DNA from: Octopus bimaculoides
Taxonomy: Eukaryota
Length of the DNA: 64,000 nucleotides
Assembly (NCBI RefSeq): GCF_001194135.2
Contig: NC_068984.1
Location: 40,027,568-40,091,567, forward strand
Direction: 5' to 3'
Below are positions 25,372-37,900 of this stretch, one piece after another (positions within the stretch are counted from its first letter, which is position 1; each line of letters opens with the position of its first letter). A program made the translations under genes and the position numbers. A model generated the notes under the pieces. The model was given only the letters and a program-made list of their open reading frames with translations, was not told where the DNA came from and searched no databases.

Positions 25372-28304
25372 TACACACATAAATGATGTCCTTTTCCATC
25401 TACTAAATTCACTTACAAGGAATTGGTCAATAGACACTTTCCAAGGTGCTTGCTGTGGACTGAATGCAAATAAAGCAAAACAAAACCATGTAGTTGAAAA
25501 GCAAGCTTCTTAACCATAAAGCCATGCCTGTACTCCTCTCTTGTGTGTATGATGGACTCTCCTGTCAAAGATGATGTATGAGCATTCAGCCTTTGCCAAA
25601 CAACCTGCCCAAATGATTTGTTTATAGTGATCAAATGTATTGCTGTACTTTAGCTCACTCTCTCTATCAAATCAATGTTGTCTGAACAAGTGCACCATGC
25701 ACTACACGTTCAGTGTCGAAGTGATCACAGAGCAATGTGAGATGAAGTGTTTTGCTCAAGAACACAATGCACCACCTGGTCTAGGAATTGAAACCACGAT
25801 TTTGTGATTGAGTGCAACATCCTAACCGCTAGGCCATGCATCCTAAGCATATAATGTTAGTAAAGAATAAAGTAAGTTATATAAAAATAGTGTACACTGA
25901 TTATATACTTTTTGATGATATAATGAAAACCTAATATTTACTTTTCAAAAAAGCCTAAAACAACCAAACTTTTAGTTGCTGTAAGATTATTTTGTGATCA
26001 GTTTAATATGTTATATTTTCTTTTACCTTTTGTTTATTTCAGGAAATTGAATTTCTAACTCTTTCTTTAAATCAGTTGAAAGTAGCTCAAACTAAATTTA
26101 GTGAATCTCAAGAATGTCTTAGTCAAGTCACCAAGCAAAATCTGGATAACGATATTCTTGTTCCTCTTACAGGATCTGTATCCTTTTATCACATTTGTGT
26201 ATCTCGTGTTGTTGTATGCAAATCCAAACTTTTATGTGAGTTCCTCAAACATATCTTATGGATGGATTCTCTATTCAATATTGTAATTATTTAATGACAG
26301 TGGTGGTGGGGGTGTTTTTCAGTTACTTAATAGTGATAATGTTTTAATAGATGATTTAAAAAGAATCTCTGGAAGTTTGTCAAGTTAAAAATGACAAACT
26401 GGACAAATTTATTCATCTCATAAATTCATGAGCACCATTAAGCTTTTGAGGGAGTTATCATCATCATCATCATCATTGTTTAACGTCCGCTTTCCATGCT
26501 AGCATGGGTTGGACGATTTGACTGAGGACTGGTGAACCAGATGGCTACACCAGGCATCTGATTTGGCAGAGTTTCTACAGCTGGATGCCCTTCCTAATGC
26601 CAACCACTCCGAGAGTGTAGTGGGTGCTTTTACGTGCCACTGGCACAAAGGCCAGTCAGGCGGTACTGGCAATGACCATGCTCAAAATGGTGTATTTTAC
26701 GTGTCACCTGCACAGGAGTCAGTCCAGCGGCACTGGCAACGATCTCGCTCAAATGTCTTTACATTGTATAAAATAAAATAAAATTTTATTGAAGAGCAGA
26801 CTCTGAAAACTTATGTAATATGCCATTCTATTTGACAAAAGAAAACAGACTTCAGTTTTCTAGGAGTAAAATAACTGAATATAATCAAAGGAGATTAAAA
26901 GTAGATTTGCATGTTTATTGTCTTTAAGCTCCTTAATGTTATTTCTAGATGTATGTTCCTGGGAAATTATCTAATGTTGAAGAATGTTTAGTTGACATTG
27001 GTACTGGATATTATATTGAAATGGTTTGTATTACTTCGTTTTATATTTAAAAAAAACCCAAAGCAAAACAGAAACATTAAAACTGTAAATTGAAGATTGA
27101 CATATAATTATAAAATGTATGTTGTTTGAATGTTAAATTTGTAAATTTGCTGATGTTGACTTTGCCATTTGCCCTTTTGGGGTTGATAAAATAAGTACCA
27201 GTCACACACTGGAGTCGATGTAATCAACTAGCCCACTTACCCAAAATTTCACATCTTGTGCCAATAGTAGAAAGGATATTAATAACTTCAGTTGCATACA
27301 GTCTGTTTAGCACAGCTGAATTTCTGCTTTTCTGACAACTGTAGTTATATATAATTGTGGTAAACATAGAAAGACATGGTAAATGAGATGAAACATGACA
27401 CAAATAGTTGCACTGGCATTCAAAATTTCATTGAATCTCTGTTGACAATTATAGGTTATTAATAAATTTTAGTGTAGGTGCAAGAAGTTAGCTTCCCAAC
27501 CACATGGTCCTGGGTTTAGTCCCATTGCATGGTATTTTGGGTGTGTCTTCTGCTATAGCCGTGGGCTGACCAAAGCCTTGTAAGTGGATTTGGTAAATGG
27601 AAACTGTAAGAAACGTGTGTGTATCTTGGTGTTTGTCCTCTCAGCACTGCTTGGCAACTGGTGCTGGTTTGTTTGTATCCCCATAACTTTCCAAAAATTA
27701 ACTGATAGAATAGTTACCAAACTTAAAATTTAGTACTGGGGTCAATTTGTATCTTTGTGTATGCCCCCCCCCCACCACTGCATGACAGCCAGTGTTAGTT
27801 TGTTTATGTCCTTGTAACTTAGCAGTATGACAAAAGAGACTGACAGAATAAGTACCAGACTTTTAAAAAAAAATAGAGCCTTCAAGGGGGTTTCCCAGCA
27901 TGGATGCAGTCCAATGACTAAAGCAAGTAAAAGTTTAACAGATTGTATCATGAAAGCAGAAGTGGATAGTATATAATAATCTTCTTACTAATATGCATAC
28001 AGTAATCTTAACCCAATCCTCTTCATTCAATCTGCATCTTCTGGAAACGAAGCATAATTTTTATATTAAATTACACATAATCTTGCTGTTCCATAATATA
28101 TTAATTACACGAAATGTTATTATTATATATAAAAAAAAGGATTAAATGATAATGAATTAAAATAATTTTGATAACAAATATTTCAGACAGTAGATTCAAG
28201 CAAAAAGTTTTTCAAGAGGAAAGTAGATTATATCACCAAACAAATAGAAAAGATGCAGCCACTTTTACAAGATAAATACAGGATGAAACAAGGTAAGCTC
28301 ACTG

Positions 28305-28339
<35 letters not shown>

Positions 28340-29632
28340 NNNNNNNNNNGCATACACACACTTAAGTCCTCTCACATTCTGAGATGCATAAGGTTGTCAG
28401 CTTTCTCTGGTGTAGTTGATCTGATGCTGTTCTTTCCATTCCTCTCCAACTGATTCTCATGCATTTGAGGTCTTTCTGGAATGGTGATTCTTGTCTGGTC
28501 TTTGTTCCGGTGTCCAGCAGGTTGTGGAACATACAGACAATTTCTACTATTTGGGCAATGTGACAAGCAGTGTTAGAAGCATAGAAAGTAATACGAACAG
28601 CAGATTTGGCAAAGCAATGGCCATCCAACAAATGTGCCACATCTGAGCAATATGAGGCATCAGTGTTGACATGAAGGTTCATTCGTATAGTGTAATAGTT
28701 CTACAATTGGTTCCGTATGGAAGTGAAATTAGGAAAATGTTGGTGAAAGTCGTCAAAAAGCTGGATGTATTGTATTAGCAATGCCTGCAGAAGATCCTTG
28801 AAGTTACCTGGTAGAATAGAATTACAAATGTAGAAATCCATCTGTGATGGAAATCCCAACCAGTGCAAAATACCGTGTGCTTTCTATGTTAATTGAACAT
28901 TACTCTGTGATGTTCAGTTAGCATATTGAGAGTCCATTGTAATAACTGTTGGGTGAGTGAGAACAGGACACAGTATAGCAGTGAAACATAAATGTTGTTT
29001 AACCCCAGTTCAATCCTGATTGTGCAGATATATGAGAAACGGCTGTTCAGCCATGACCATTCCTTCTTTCATTTGAGGCAGAGTGTATCTAAGACTGCAT
29101 TATCCAATGTCTTTACTGCTTTTTTTAAGGCTATGTGTTGACTGTATCACCATTGCAAGCTGAACATTTCTCTGGCTATGGTTAGTAGACATGCACCAAG
29201 GTCATGTGGATTTGTTTTCTTGTTGAAAGCTTAAATGAGACTTGTGCTTCAATGGTAAGCAGGAGAGTAGCATAGTAAACTACAAATAAATTGCCGGAAG
29301 GCAATGGGAAACCAGTTCTGTATATTTCACAAGAAAACACTCATGAATCTTAAGAATTTGGCATAGAGGTCTCTGCTAATGCCTGTAAAACAAGCACAGC
29401 ATGTAAAGAAAAAAAGAGAGATCTTATCCTAATTGCAAATGACAATTTACACATAACCTTAATGGACAATTATGTAAGCAAAAAGAAAAAACAAATTTAT
29501 ACTGCAATAAAAAAAAATTCCATAAACGAATCTTGAATGTTTTTTTTCTTTTTAGTTGTCATGGAATTATTACAGATGAAAGTTCAAGCTCAACTGGCTG
29601 CTCAACAAGCACCCAGTACAGTGAATTCATAA
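23306..29632 (+). CDS. PFDN5: Prefoldin subunit 5, complete, 156 aa
   Basis: Exons 23306-23383, 26043-26177, 26949-27023, 28187-28292, 29556-29632 (471 nt). [31 protein letters not shown]...[15 protein letters not shown]...[12 protein letters not shown]...[18 protein letters not shown]...*. AATAAA at 29709. Confidence 0.97.
26178..26948 (+). other. U12-type (minor spliceosome) GT-AG intron, PFDN5 intron 2
   Basis: 5' site GTATCCTTTT at 26178; branch-like CTCCTTAAT at 26929-26937, about 11 nt before the AG; no long polypyrimidine tract. Confidence 0.92.
26458..26752 (-). repeat. RTE-derived 3'-end repeat inside the PFDN5 U12 intron
   Basis: Same sequence family as 14853 and 59749. Confidence 0.8.
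28500..28880 (+). mobile_element. Degenerate RTE-like LINE fragment in PFDN5 intron 4
   Basis: Frameshifted sequence resembling the FxYLG, YGSE and W..RITN motifs of the RTE RT C-terminal region. Confidence 0.6.
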
Positions 29633-29994
29633 AGAACAATGAAGTTAAAACATTGTTACATCTTCAATAACTAGCAAAACAAATAACCTTTGAAACAACA
29701 TCCCTTTAAATAAAAAGCTTCTACTGGAACGCTTGCTAGTCTTTATTTATTAAAAAGTTTGAGAGAGAAAATGTGATGTTTTATTCTGAGTTAATATTTT
29801 CAATTTTCTTATTAAACCTTTGAAAAAAATCTAGTAATAATGTTTTTCATCATCATTGTTTACCATCCACTTTCCCATGGGTTGAAAATTTGTTGAGGTG
29901 GATCTTTTATGTTAGATGCCCTTCCTATTGCCAACTCTCACCTGTTTCCAAGTAAGGTAAATATTTCCTATGACCAGATGTGTTTTCATGAGAG

Positions 29995-30349
29995 ATTTTG
30001 TGTGCACAGTCTGTGACAGACCATGTCTGTCCTTGGCTGGCCTCAAATCTCACCTGCGAACCCATGGAAAACAAACCTCACCCAGCTATTCTGATTATAT
30101 GTCTGTGCACACGTTTGAATGTGGTGTGTGCCAGAGGGTTTGTAAATCCAATGGGGGTCTTAAAAGACATGTTAGGATCCACAATGAGCAGAACTTACTT
30201 GCAGGTATTGGTAGTGCAAATCAGAGGTGCAATCTGTGTGGGTGTTTTTTTCAAAACACTCTGGTTTAAAAAGCCACATCAGACGCCATGAAAGGGCTAA
30301 GGTGTAGGTGCAGGAGGTGGTCAAACTCTGTTTAAGGAGTAGACAACCA

Positions 30350-30350
<1 letters not shown>
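29995..30350 (+). mobile_element. C2H2 zinc-finger-bearing fragment, probably the 3' end of an RTE-like LINE
   Basis: CTVCDRPCLSLAGLKSHLRTH and CGVCQRVCKSNGGLKRHVRIH, plus a broken third finger. No TGEKP linkers and no clear splice or start context; ends at a (TA)n tract. Confidence 0.55.
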
Positions 30351-30400
<50 letters not shown>

Positions 30401-31329
30401 TATGTATATATATACACATACACACACACAGCAGGCTTCTTTTAGTTGCCATCAATCAAATACACTGAAGGCTTTGTCAGCCTGAGGCTATAATAGAAGA
30501 CACTTGCCCAAGGTGATGCACAGCTACAAATTATCAAGTAGAGGTCAAAGGCAAAATTTAGGTTTTATTTTGACTATTTGGAATACCACATCCCTGGGCA
30601 TAGTCAATTACACTAATCTCAATACTTTTGTAATTCCTGAAGTGGACCACATTTGAACTGAGAAGGCAAAATGACATTTTATCCAACCTCTGATTCTGCC
30701 CCTTTTAGGTTTAATTTTAAAGCAAAATTAATGTTCAGAGGAAAAAATGTAAACAATAACATTACACAGTGCCTTAAAAATCATCTTTGATTTTCTAGTG
30801 ACCATTTAAAAAAAAAAAAACATCTTTGTACATGCCTTCTTTTCTAATATCCCAAACCTTTAATGTAAATTGAGAAATTACTATGAGTAAATGTGAAATA
30901 TAGTTAAATTAGTGCTGACATAAAATAAAAAATGGGAATCGTTACACCCTCGCCTCCCGACCAAATCCAGTTCAGTCGGTGGGGTCTCTCCATCAATGTG
31001 TTCTCTCTACACCTGAAACCAACTGGCATACAATCCTTCCTATTAAATATGGGAGACAACTTAGGAAATATTTCTGTAACTTCCCATCTGTAATTATCAG
31101 TATCTTCGCAATATTGATGCCTTATTAAATAAACCATTTTGTCAACTCACTTTATACACTGGAACATAAACATACTTGCTAGGTTCCAGTAGAACTATAC
31201 TTTACCAATGTTTAATCCTTTAGCATTCAGATTACCCCTTCAAATGTAATATTTATTCACACTTCATTTAATCATGCTTTATCTTACAGCATTCAGATTT
31301 CGATGATGTAATCATTTATTTTTAGAAAC

Positions 31330-33610
31330 GTACCACCGGCATGAGGGCCAGTCAGGCAGTTCTGGCAACAGCCACACTCGAATAGTGTTTTTTACGTGCC
31401 ACCTGCACAGGAGCCAGTCCAGCGGCACTGGCAACAATCTCGCTTGAATGTTGTTTTTCATGTGCCAGTAAGGTGACGCTGGTAACGATCACGCTCAAAT
31501 GGTGCTTGTTATGTGCCACCGGCATGCAAATTTTATTGTCCAATAAATGAAGTGTATTTATAAGTGGGCTAGTTACACCCACTGGCATAGGCCATGGGTT
31601 ATAGTCTCACTTGGCTTGCCGGGTCTTCTTAAGCACAGTATATTTCCAAAGGTCTCAGTCACTAGTCGTTGCTTCGGTGAGGCCAAATGTTCAAAGGTTG
31701 TGCTTCACCGCATCATCCCAGGTCTTCCTGGGTCTACCTCTTCCACAGGTTCCCGCAACTGCTAGGATGTGACACTTTTTCACATGGCTGTCCTCATACA
31801 TTCTCACCACATGACCATACCAGCCCAGTCGTTTCTCTTGCACACCACATCTGATGCTTCGTAGGTCCAACTATTCTCTCAAGGCACTAACAGTCCTGTA
31901 TGCACACTGACATTACACAGCCAGCGGAGCATACTGGTTTCATTCCTTGCAAGCTTACGCATGTCCTCAGCAGTCACAGCCCATGTTTCACTGCCATGTA
32001 GCATGGCTGTTCGTACACATACAGTCTACCTTTAGTGAGAGGCTATTTGTCACCAGCAGATGCAAGAGCTCTCTGAACTTTGCCCAGGTTATTCTTATTC
32101 TTGTAGCTACACTTTCAGAGCATCCACCCCTGCTACTGACTTGGTTATTAAGGTCATGGAAGCTATCAACTACTTCTAGTTTTTCTCCCTGGAATGTGGC
32201 AGAAGTTGTTCTCTGCACATTTTCAGTGTTTATTGCTCCTGAGCATCTGCCACATACAAAAACCATCTTCCCAGTTAGCCTTCCTTTGATATTGCTGCAC
32301 CTCTTATGTGTCCATAGAGTTTCTGCCTACGGCTTTTCTTCAGATCGAGCAGGGTCATCTACCTGAAGGGGTTTGTGGTTTGTCTACCTTTCTACTTATT
32401 AGGACATTGGTTTTCACTAGGTTGACTCTAAGGCCCTTCGATTCTAATCCTTGCTTCCACACCTGAAACTTCTAGTTCTGAGAGTGACTCAGCAATTAGA
32501 GCAAGGTCATCAGCATAGAGGAGCTCTCAGGGGCAACCTGTCTTGAATTCCTGTGTTATTTCCTAGAGGACTATGATAAATAGGAGGGGGCTGAGGACTG
32601 AAGCTTGGTGGACCCCTACCTCTACCCGGAATTCTTCTCTTTACTTGTTGTCAACCCTCACCTTATTGATAGCGTCCCTGTACATGGCTTGTACAACTCT
32701 CACTAACCATTCATCTATCCATAGTTTCCTCATTGACCACCAGATAAAGGATCGGGTGACCCTGTTGAAGGCTTTCTCCATGTCAACGAAAGCCAGGTAC
32801 AGGGGTTTATCTTTGGCCAGGTATTTTTCCTGCAGCTGTTTTACCAGAAACCTAGCATCAGTGGTGCTTTTCCCTGGCACAAACCCAAACTGCATCTCGT
32901 CTAGACTGACCCTCTCCCTAATTAGTTGGGCTACAACCCTCTCCGTGGCTTTCATTACCTGATCCAACAGTTTGATACCTCTGTAATTATTTGTATCTAA
33001 TGTGTCACCTTTACCTTTGTGGCAGTTGACTATGGTGCTACTACACCAGTCACTGGGTATGACTCCATGTATCACCTGGTTGACTATGCTATAGCTGACA
33101 CTGCCAGATATTTTGAGCATCTCTGCAGTGATTCCTGGTGGTCCAGGGACTTTCGGCAGGCTCTCTTTCTCACATTCATTCTCTTTATTTAGCAACCTTT
33201 CATAGTGGCGTCTCCATACCTCTCTCTTTGCAGCCTCGATTAATGCAAGTGAACCATCATCCATGTGGACACATTTCTCTCCTACGACATCACGATTCTC
33301 TCTCACATACTGTCTTGCAACACAAAATACCTCAAGTCCTTGGTCCTCACAGTGCAGAACATTGGCAAACTTTTTATCTTCTTCCCCTCTGGCTAAATAA
33401 ACCTGTCTCCTGGCAGTCTGGTAACATTCTTTGCTACCAGCGTTCTTCCAAGCCAGTTTCTTTTCCCTAATGGCCCTGTCAACAGCATTGTTCCACCACC
33501 ATCTTGGGTTGAGAGGGGAATTTGCATCATCCAAAGATCTGATCCGTGGCTCTCAGCTGGTTGTCCCGCAGAAACCTCCAGTTGTCTTCCACATCATGTG
33601 ATGTTATATC
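31330..33610 (-). mobile_element. 5'-truncated, decayed RTE-clade LINE (reverse transcriptase plus 3'UTR)
   Basis: ORF 33534-32641 carries NYRGIKLL, QFGFVPGKSTTDA and LYLAFVDMEKAF. Downstream, LLYADDL is interrupted by stops and frameshifts. The 3'UTR matches the dispersed (CAT)n-tailed repeats. Confidence 0.9.
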
Positions 33611-34237
33611 CCCCTCTATTTCGTCAAAAGCTTTGAGTAATATGTCTCTGAATGACTGTACCAATTAGGGTGGCTCTTATTGTATATAACAGCCTCATGT
33701 TGACCAATTTTCTGTTAGTGAAATTTGGTAGTTTGCTCACAAATTTGAAGTTTGTCATGAAATATATACCATGGGTGTATACTTGTGCAGTGATCTTACA
33801 AAGTATGTCAGATACAAAAGAAGGCACTCTGCCATTTGATAAATAGCAGCTGAAATAGTGAGGTATAAATTACTAGAAGCCTTGAAAGAAGTATCCCATA
33901 AGCCAGACCAATGATTGAAGCCAGTAAAATTACTAAAGCTTATAAAAAATAACCATCATCATTTAACATGATGGTTATGTTATAACCAAATAACAATATG
34001 AATATAATTTCAGATGTACAATGTTTAATTTTAAAAACAGAACTAATTAAATTTTTAAGTCATTAAAGAGTTTCTGTACAAATATGTGAAAACTGAATTT
34101 AAAATGAAAAATCATCTTAATTTGATATTTTAAGATTATAAGTAAGATACATTGTGTAAACATTACTGAGATTATAAAGGTACTGATTTTCCAGGATTCA
34201 AGTTAAAGAGAATCAGAATTTTTTTTTCAATATTCTT

Positions 34238-34485
34238 TTCTACTCTAGGCAAAAGGCCTGAAATTTTTTGGGGGGGAGGGGGCCAGTTGAGCAGATCAAT
34301 TCCAGTACACAACTGGTACTTAATTTATCGACCCTGAAAGGATGAAAGCATAGTCAACCTTGGCGGAATTTGAACTTAGAATCTAAAGACAGACAAAATA
34401 CNNNNNNNNNNNNNNNNNNNNNNNNNNNNNNNNNNNNNNNNNNNNNNNNNNNNCCGCTAAGCATTTCTGCCAGCTCGCCACCTTA
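34238..34485 (-). mobile_element. Second SINE family (MetaSINE-like central domain)
   Basis: The minus strand contains TTTCATCCTTTCAGGGTCGATAAATTAAGTACCAG. Related copies at about 13060-13220, 17130-17290, 27160-27270, 45560-45740 and 50775-50982. Confidence 0.65.
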
Positions 34486-34940
34486 GAATTATTTTAATAT
34501 TACTAAATATACATATATTTACATATCTGCCATTTAATGGCTTTATTCATAGGAAAATGTTGACAGTCTAATCAAAATAAAATGCAGCGTTCAAAATATT
34601 TTCAGAAAATTTTATATTTCAACAAAAATAAAATTTTAAATCATGAAAGAGTTTCTACAAATGATGGGGTGAAAATGGAATTTAAAATGAAAAATAATCT
34701 TGATTTGATATTTTAAAATTATAATCAGTACGTGTGAACATTACTGACATGTTACAGTATTTCTTGATTTTTCAGGAGTCAAGTTTAAAATAATCAGTTA
34801 GATTTATTTGTGATTTTACTAAATATATGCATCATTTACTGGCAGCTGTTGAACAACTTTGCATTTTCAAGAGAAACATTGAAAGTCTAATTAAAATCAA
34901 ATGCAGCAGTTTAAAATACTTTCAGAATACAGCTAAATAT

Positions 34941-37900
34941 TCAAAAGTGTGAAATGCTCAGTGCTAATTTTTTACAGCACAAATTTATTTTCTCCTGTAC
35001 ATCTTGCTGTTTAACTGTTCGATTTAGTTTGAGGTATTTGCCATTCTGTGTGGTAGCCATAGAAATCCAGCTTGGTGCTACTTCTAGCAATAATTCCAAA
35101 TGCTTTTCAGCATCAACTGAAACAAATATGAAATGAAATAAAATAAGGTACTTTCATTGTAGTCAGATGCGTTGATATAACCCCTGAAATCAAGATAACT
35201 TCTGAAGTAAACTACGAAATGAAACATTTCCTGTTATTCACAGTAAATCAATTTATTCTATTTTTAAACTATTTAATATTAACTGCAAAAACAGCCCATC
35301 ATTAGTTTCATCAGATCTTTCTGTTTACTTTATTTGAGGTACATTTCTGAACAGATGCCTATCTTAATAAAACTTTTGAATTATATTTTTATAGCTGGAA
35401 CAGAGCTCTAGCCAGATGGTGAGGAAATATTGTGGTGAAATAAGTAAGGTGACAAGTGACTGCTACTTCCTGGATGAAAAGTGCTAGAAGTGGTGATTGT
35501 TGTTTAGTGTGAAGTTAGTCTTGATTGAGCAGCTCAAAGTTGTTTAGCCATTTCATGTATCAAGAAATACATTATCTGTAGTATCTTTAAGTGTGATTTA
35601 AGGGGAGGTGGTAGCCATCTAAGCAAGTAAAGCAAACAAATAGAGTCTATCTAACTTACCAAAAGTTGACAGTTGGGGTTAAGTTAGCAATGAAAAATCA
35701 TTAGATATTAATCAGTTACACAGAATACGCTATATTTCCATGTCACTATGGAGCTGCTTTTATTTATTAATTTTTTTTAATGTAATCATGAAATTGCTTC
35801 AACTTTAGAACATACAGTGCAAGAGAACTCCAAAATTGGTAATACCTTTAGAAATTGAGGATGTATAACTTTCACAAATCTTTTCAACAACTACATCTGA
35901 AAGGAGAGTAGTTCTTTTCTCTGTAATAAAATAACTTGGATACAGTTAAGGAAAAAAATTTGGAAAAATATAATTTATTTTGCAGTAATGGAAAATTGAA
36001 TAAAGATAAAAAAACTCTTTATTAGTCATCAGGTCAGTTTTTCTATACTACTATGAGACAAATGAATCTGTTATTGAGGTATTGTTTTATTGCCAGATGC
36101 ACTTCTTGTTGCTAAACCTGACCTATTTTTCAAGAATGGGATCTATTATTTCATACATCCTCCAAGGAGCAAATATAATAGACACTCTGGTGATGGGAAA
36201 TAACAATGTCATCACTTGTAGCTCAGCAACTTTTGGAGAAGTGCAAATGTAAAGCAAACGTACACACACATACACAGCTGGCATCTTTTATAAAATCCAC
36301 TCACAATGGTTTAGCTGGCCTGTGGCTACAGTAAAATGCACTTGTTCAAGGTACCATGCAGTGGGACTGAACCCAAATCCATGTGGTTGAGAAGCAAACC
36401 TCTCATTCCTAGAGCCATGATTACACCAATACAGAATGGATCCTTATCAAGTATAGTGTCATTATCATTTTAATGCTTACTTTTCTATGCTCACATGGGT
36501 TGGATGGAATTCACTGAAGCAAATTTTCTATGGCTGGATACTCTTGCTGTTATCAATCCGCACCTGTTTCCAAGCAATCTTTTATCTTTTACTTGTTTCA
36601 GTCATTAGACTGCAGCCATGCTGGGGTACCGCCTTGAAGAATTTTTAGCTGAATGAATTGATCCCAGTACTTAATTTTATTAAGCCTGGTACTTGTTCTA
36701 TCAGTCCCCTTTGCTGAACAGCTTTTACTGGGAAGTAAAATCACTCACACCAGTTGTTATGCAGTGATGGAGGAATAGACACATCCACAAATATATATAC
36801 AATGGGCTTCTTTCAGTTTACTCACAAGGCTTTGCTTGGTTTGAGGCTACAACAGAAGATACTTGTTCAAGGTGCCATGTGGGACTGAACCCAAAACCAT
36901 GTGGTTGGGAAGCAAGCTTCTTACCACACAGCCATGCCTGCACGTATAGGTAAGCAAGATATTTTCTCAGAAAACTGGGAATGTGTGACAGTTTGTATGA
37001 CAGTGACACATATTTATAACTATTATGGGATAGTCAAAACAAGGACATGTTTGCATGCATGCACACACACAAGCTTTTTTCCCAGTGTCTGTCTACCAAA
37101 TCCATTCACAAAGCTTTGGTTGGCCTGAGTGTATAGTAAAAGGCAATAGTCTAAGGTGTCACACCCAAAACCATGCAGTTAGGAAACAAACTTCTTAACC
37201 ACACAGTTAGAAACTACACTGCAGGGAACTCAAGATATTTATGGAATTAATTATCTTATTTCCATCACTAATGCCTCTATATAATTTAACAATCTTTTTT
37301 GATGCAACTACTCACACACTTTGAATTATCTTAGATACCATATTCTTTCAATCAAGGAGACAAAAGATTGATGATTTGTACATAGTAGTGCATACATTTA
37401 TGTCACCGATTAAGAAAGAGGTCAAACACATCATCAGTTAATGTCTGTTTTCCATGCTGCCATTGGTTGGATGGCTTGACAGGAACTGGCAAGACCAGGC
37501 ACCAACCCAGGTTCCATAGTCTTGGATGCCTTTCCTAATGCCAACAATTTTACAGAGTGCACTAGGTGTTTTTTTTTTTTGATGTGGTTCTATCACCAAC
37601 ACTTTTTTACATGGCACAACAGACAAACTACAAAAAGCTGTCAACTGAATAATAAAATAAGAATTCAAACTTATTATCTCTGAAGATACATTGATGCAGA
37701 ATTTTAAGGATACGTTCGCATAATACGAAAAATAGTAGGTAGTCGTTTCAGCATTGCTTCTCTCTGAGCTTTTAAAGGACTTTGAGTAATGGTTTCTTCT
37801 AAGCGTTTTGTTTCCTTTGCCCGGATCTGAAATATTTAAAACCGGAAAAATTTTACATTGTAATTGGGAAAAAAAAAAAAATTGTGATAGAGAAATAACA

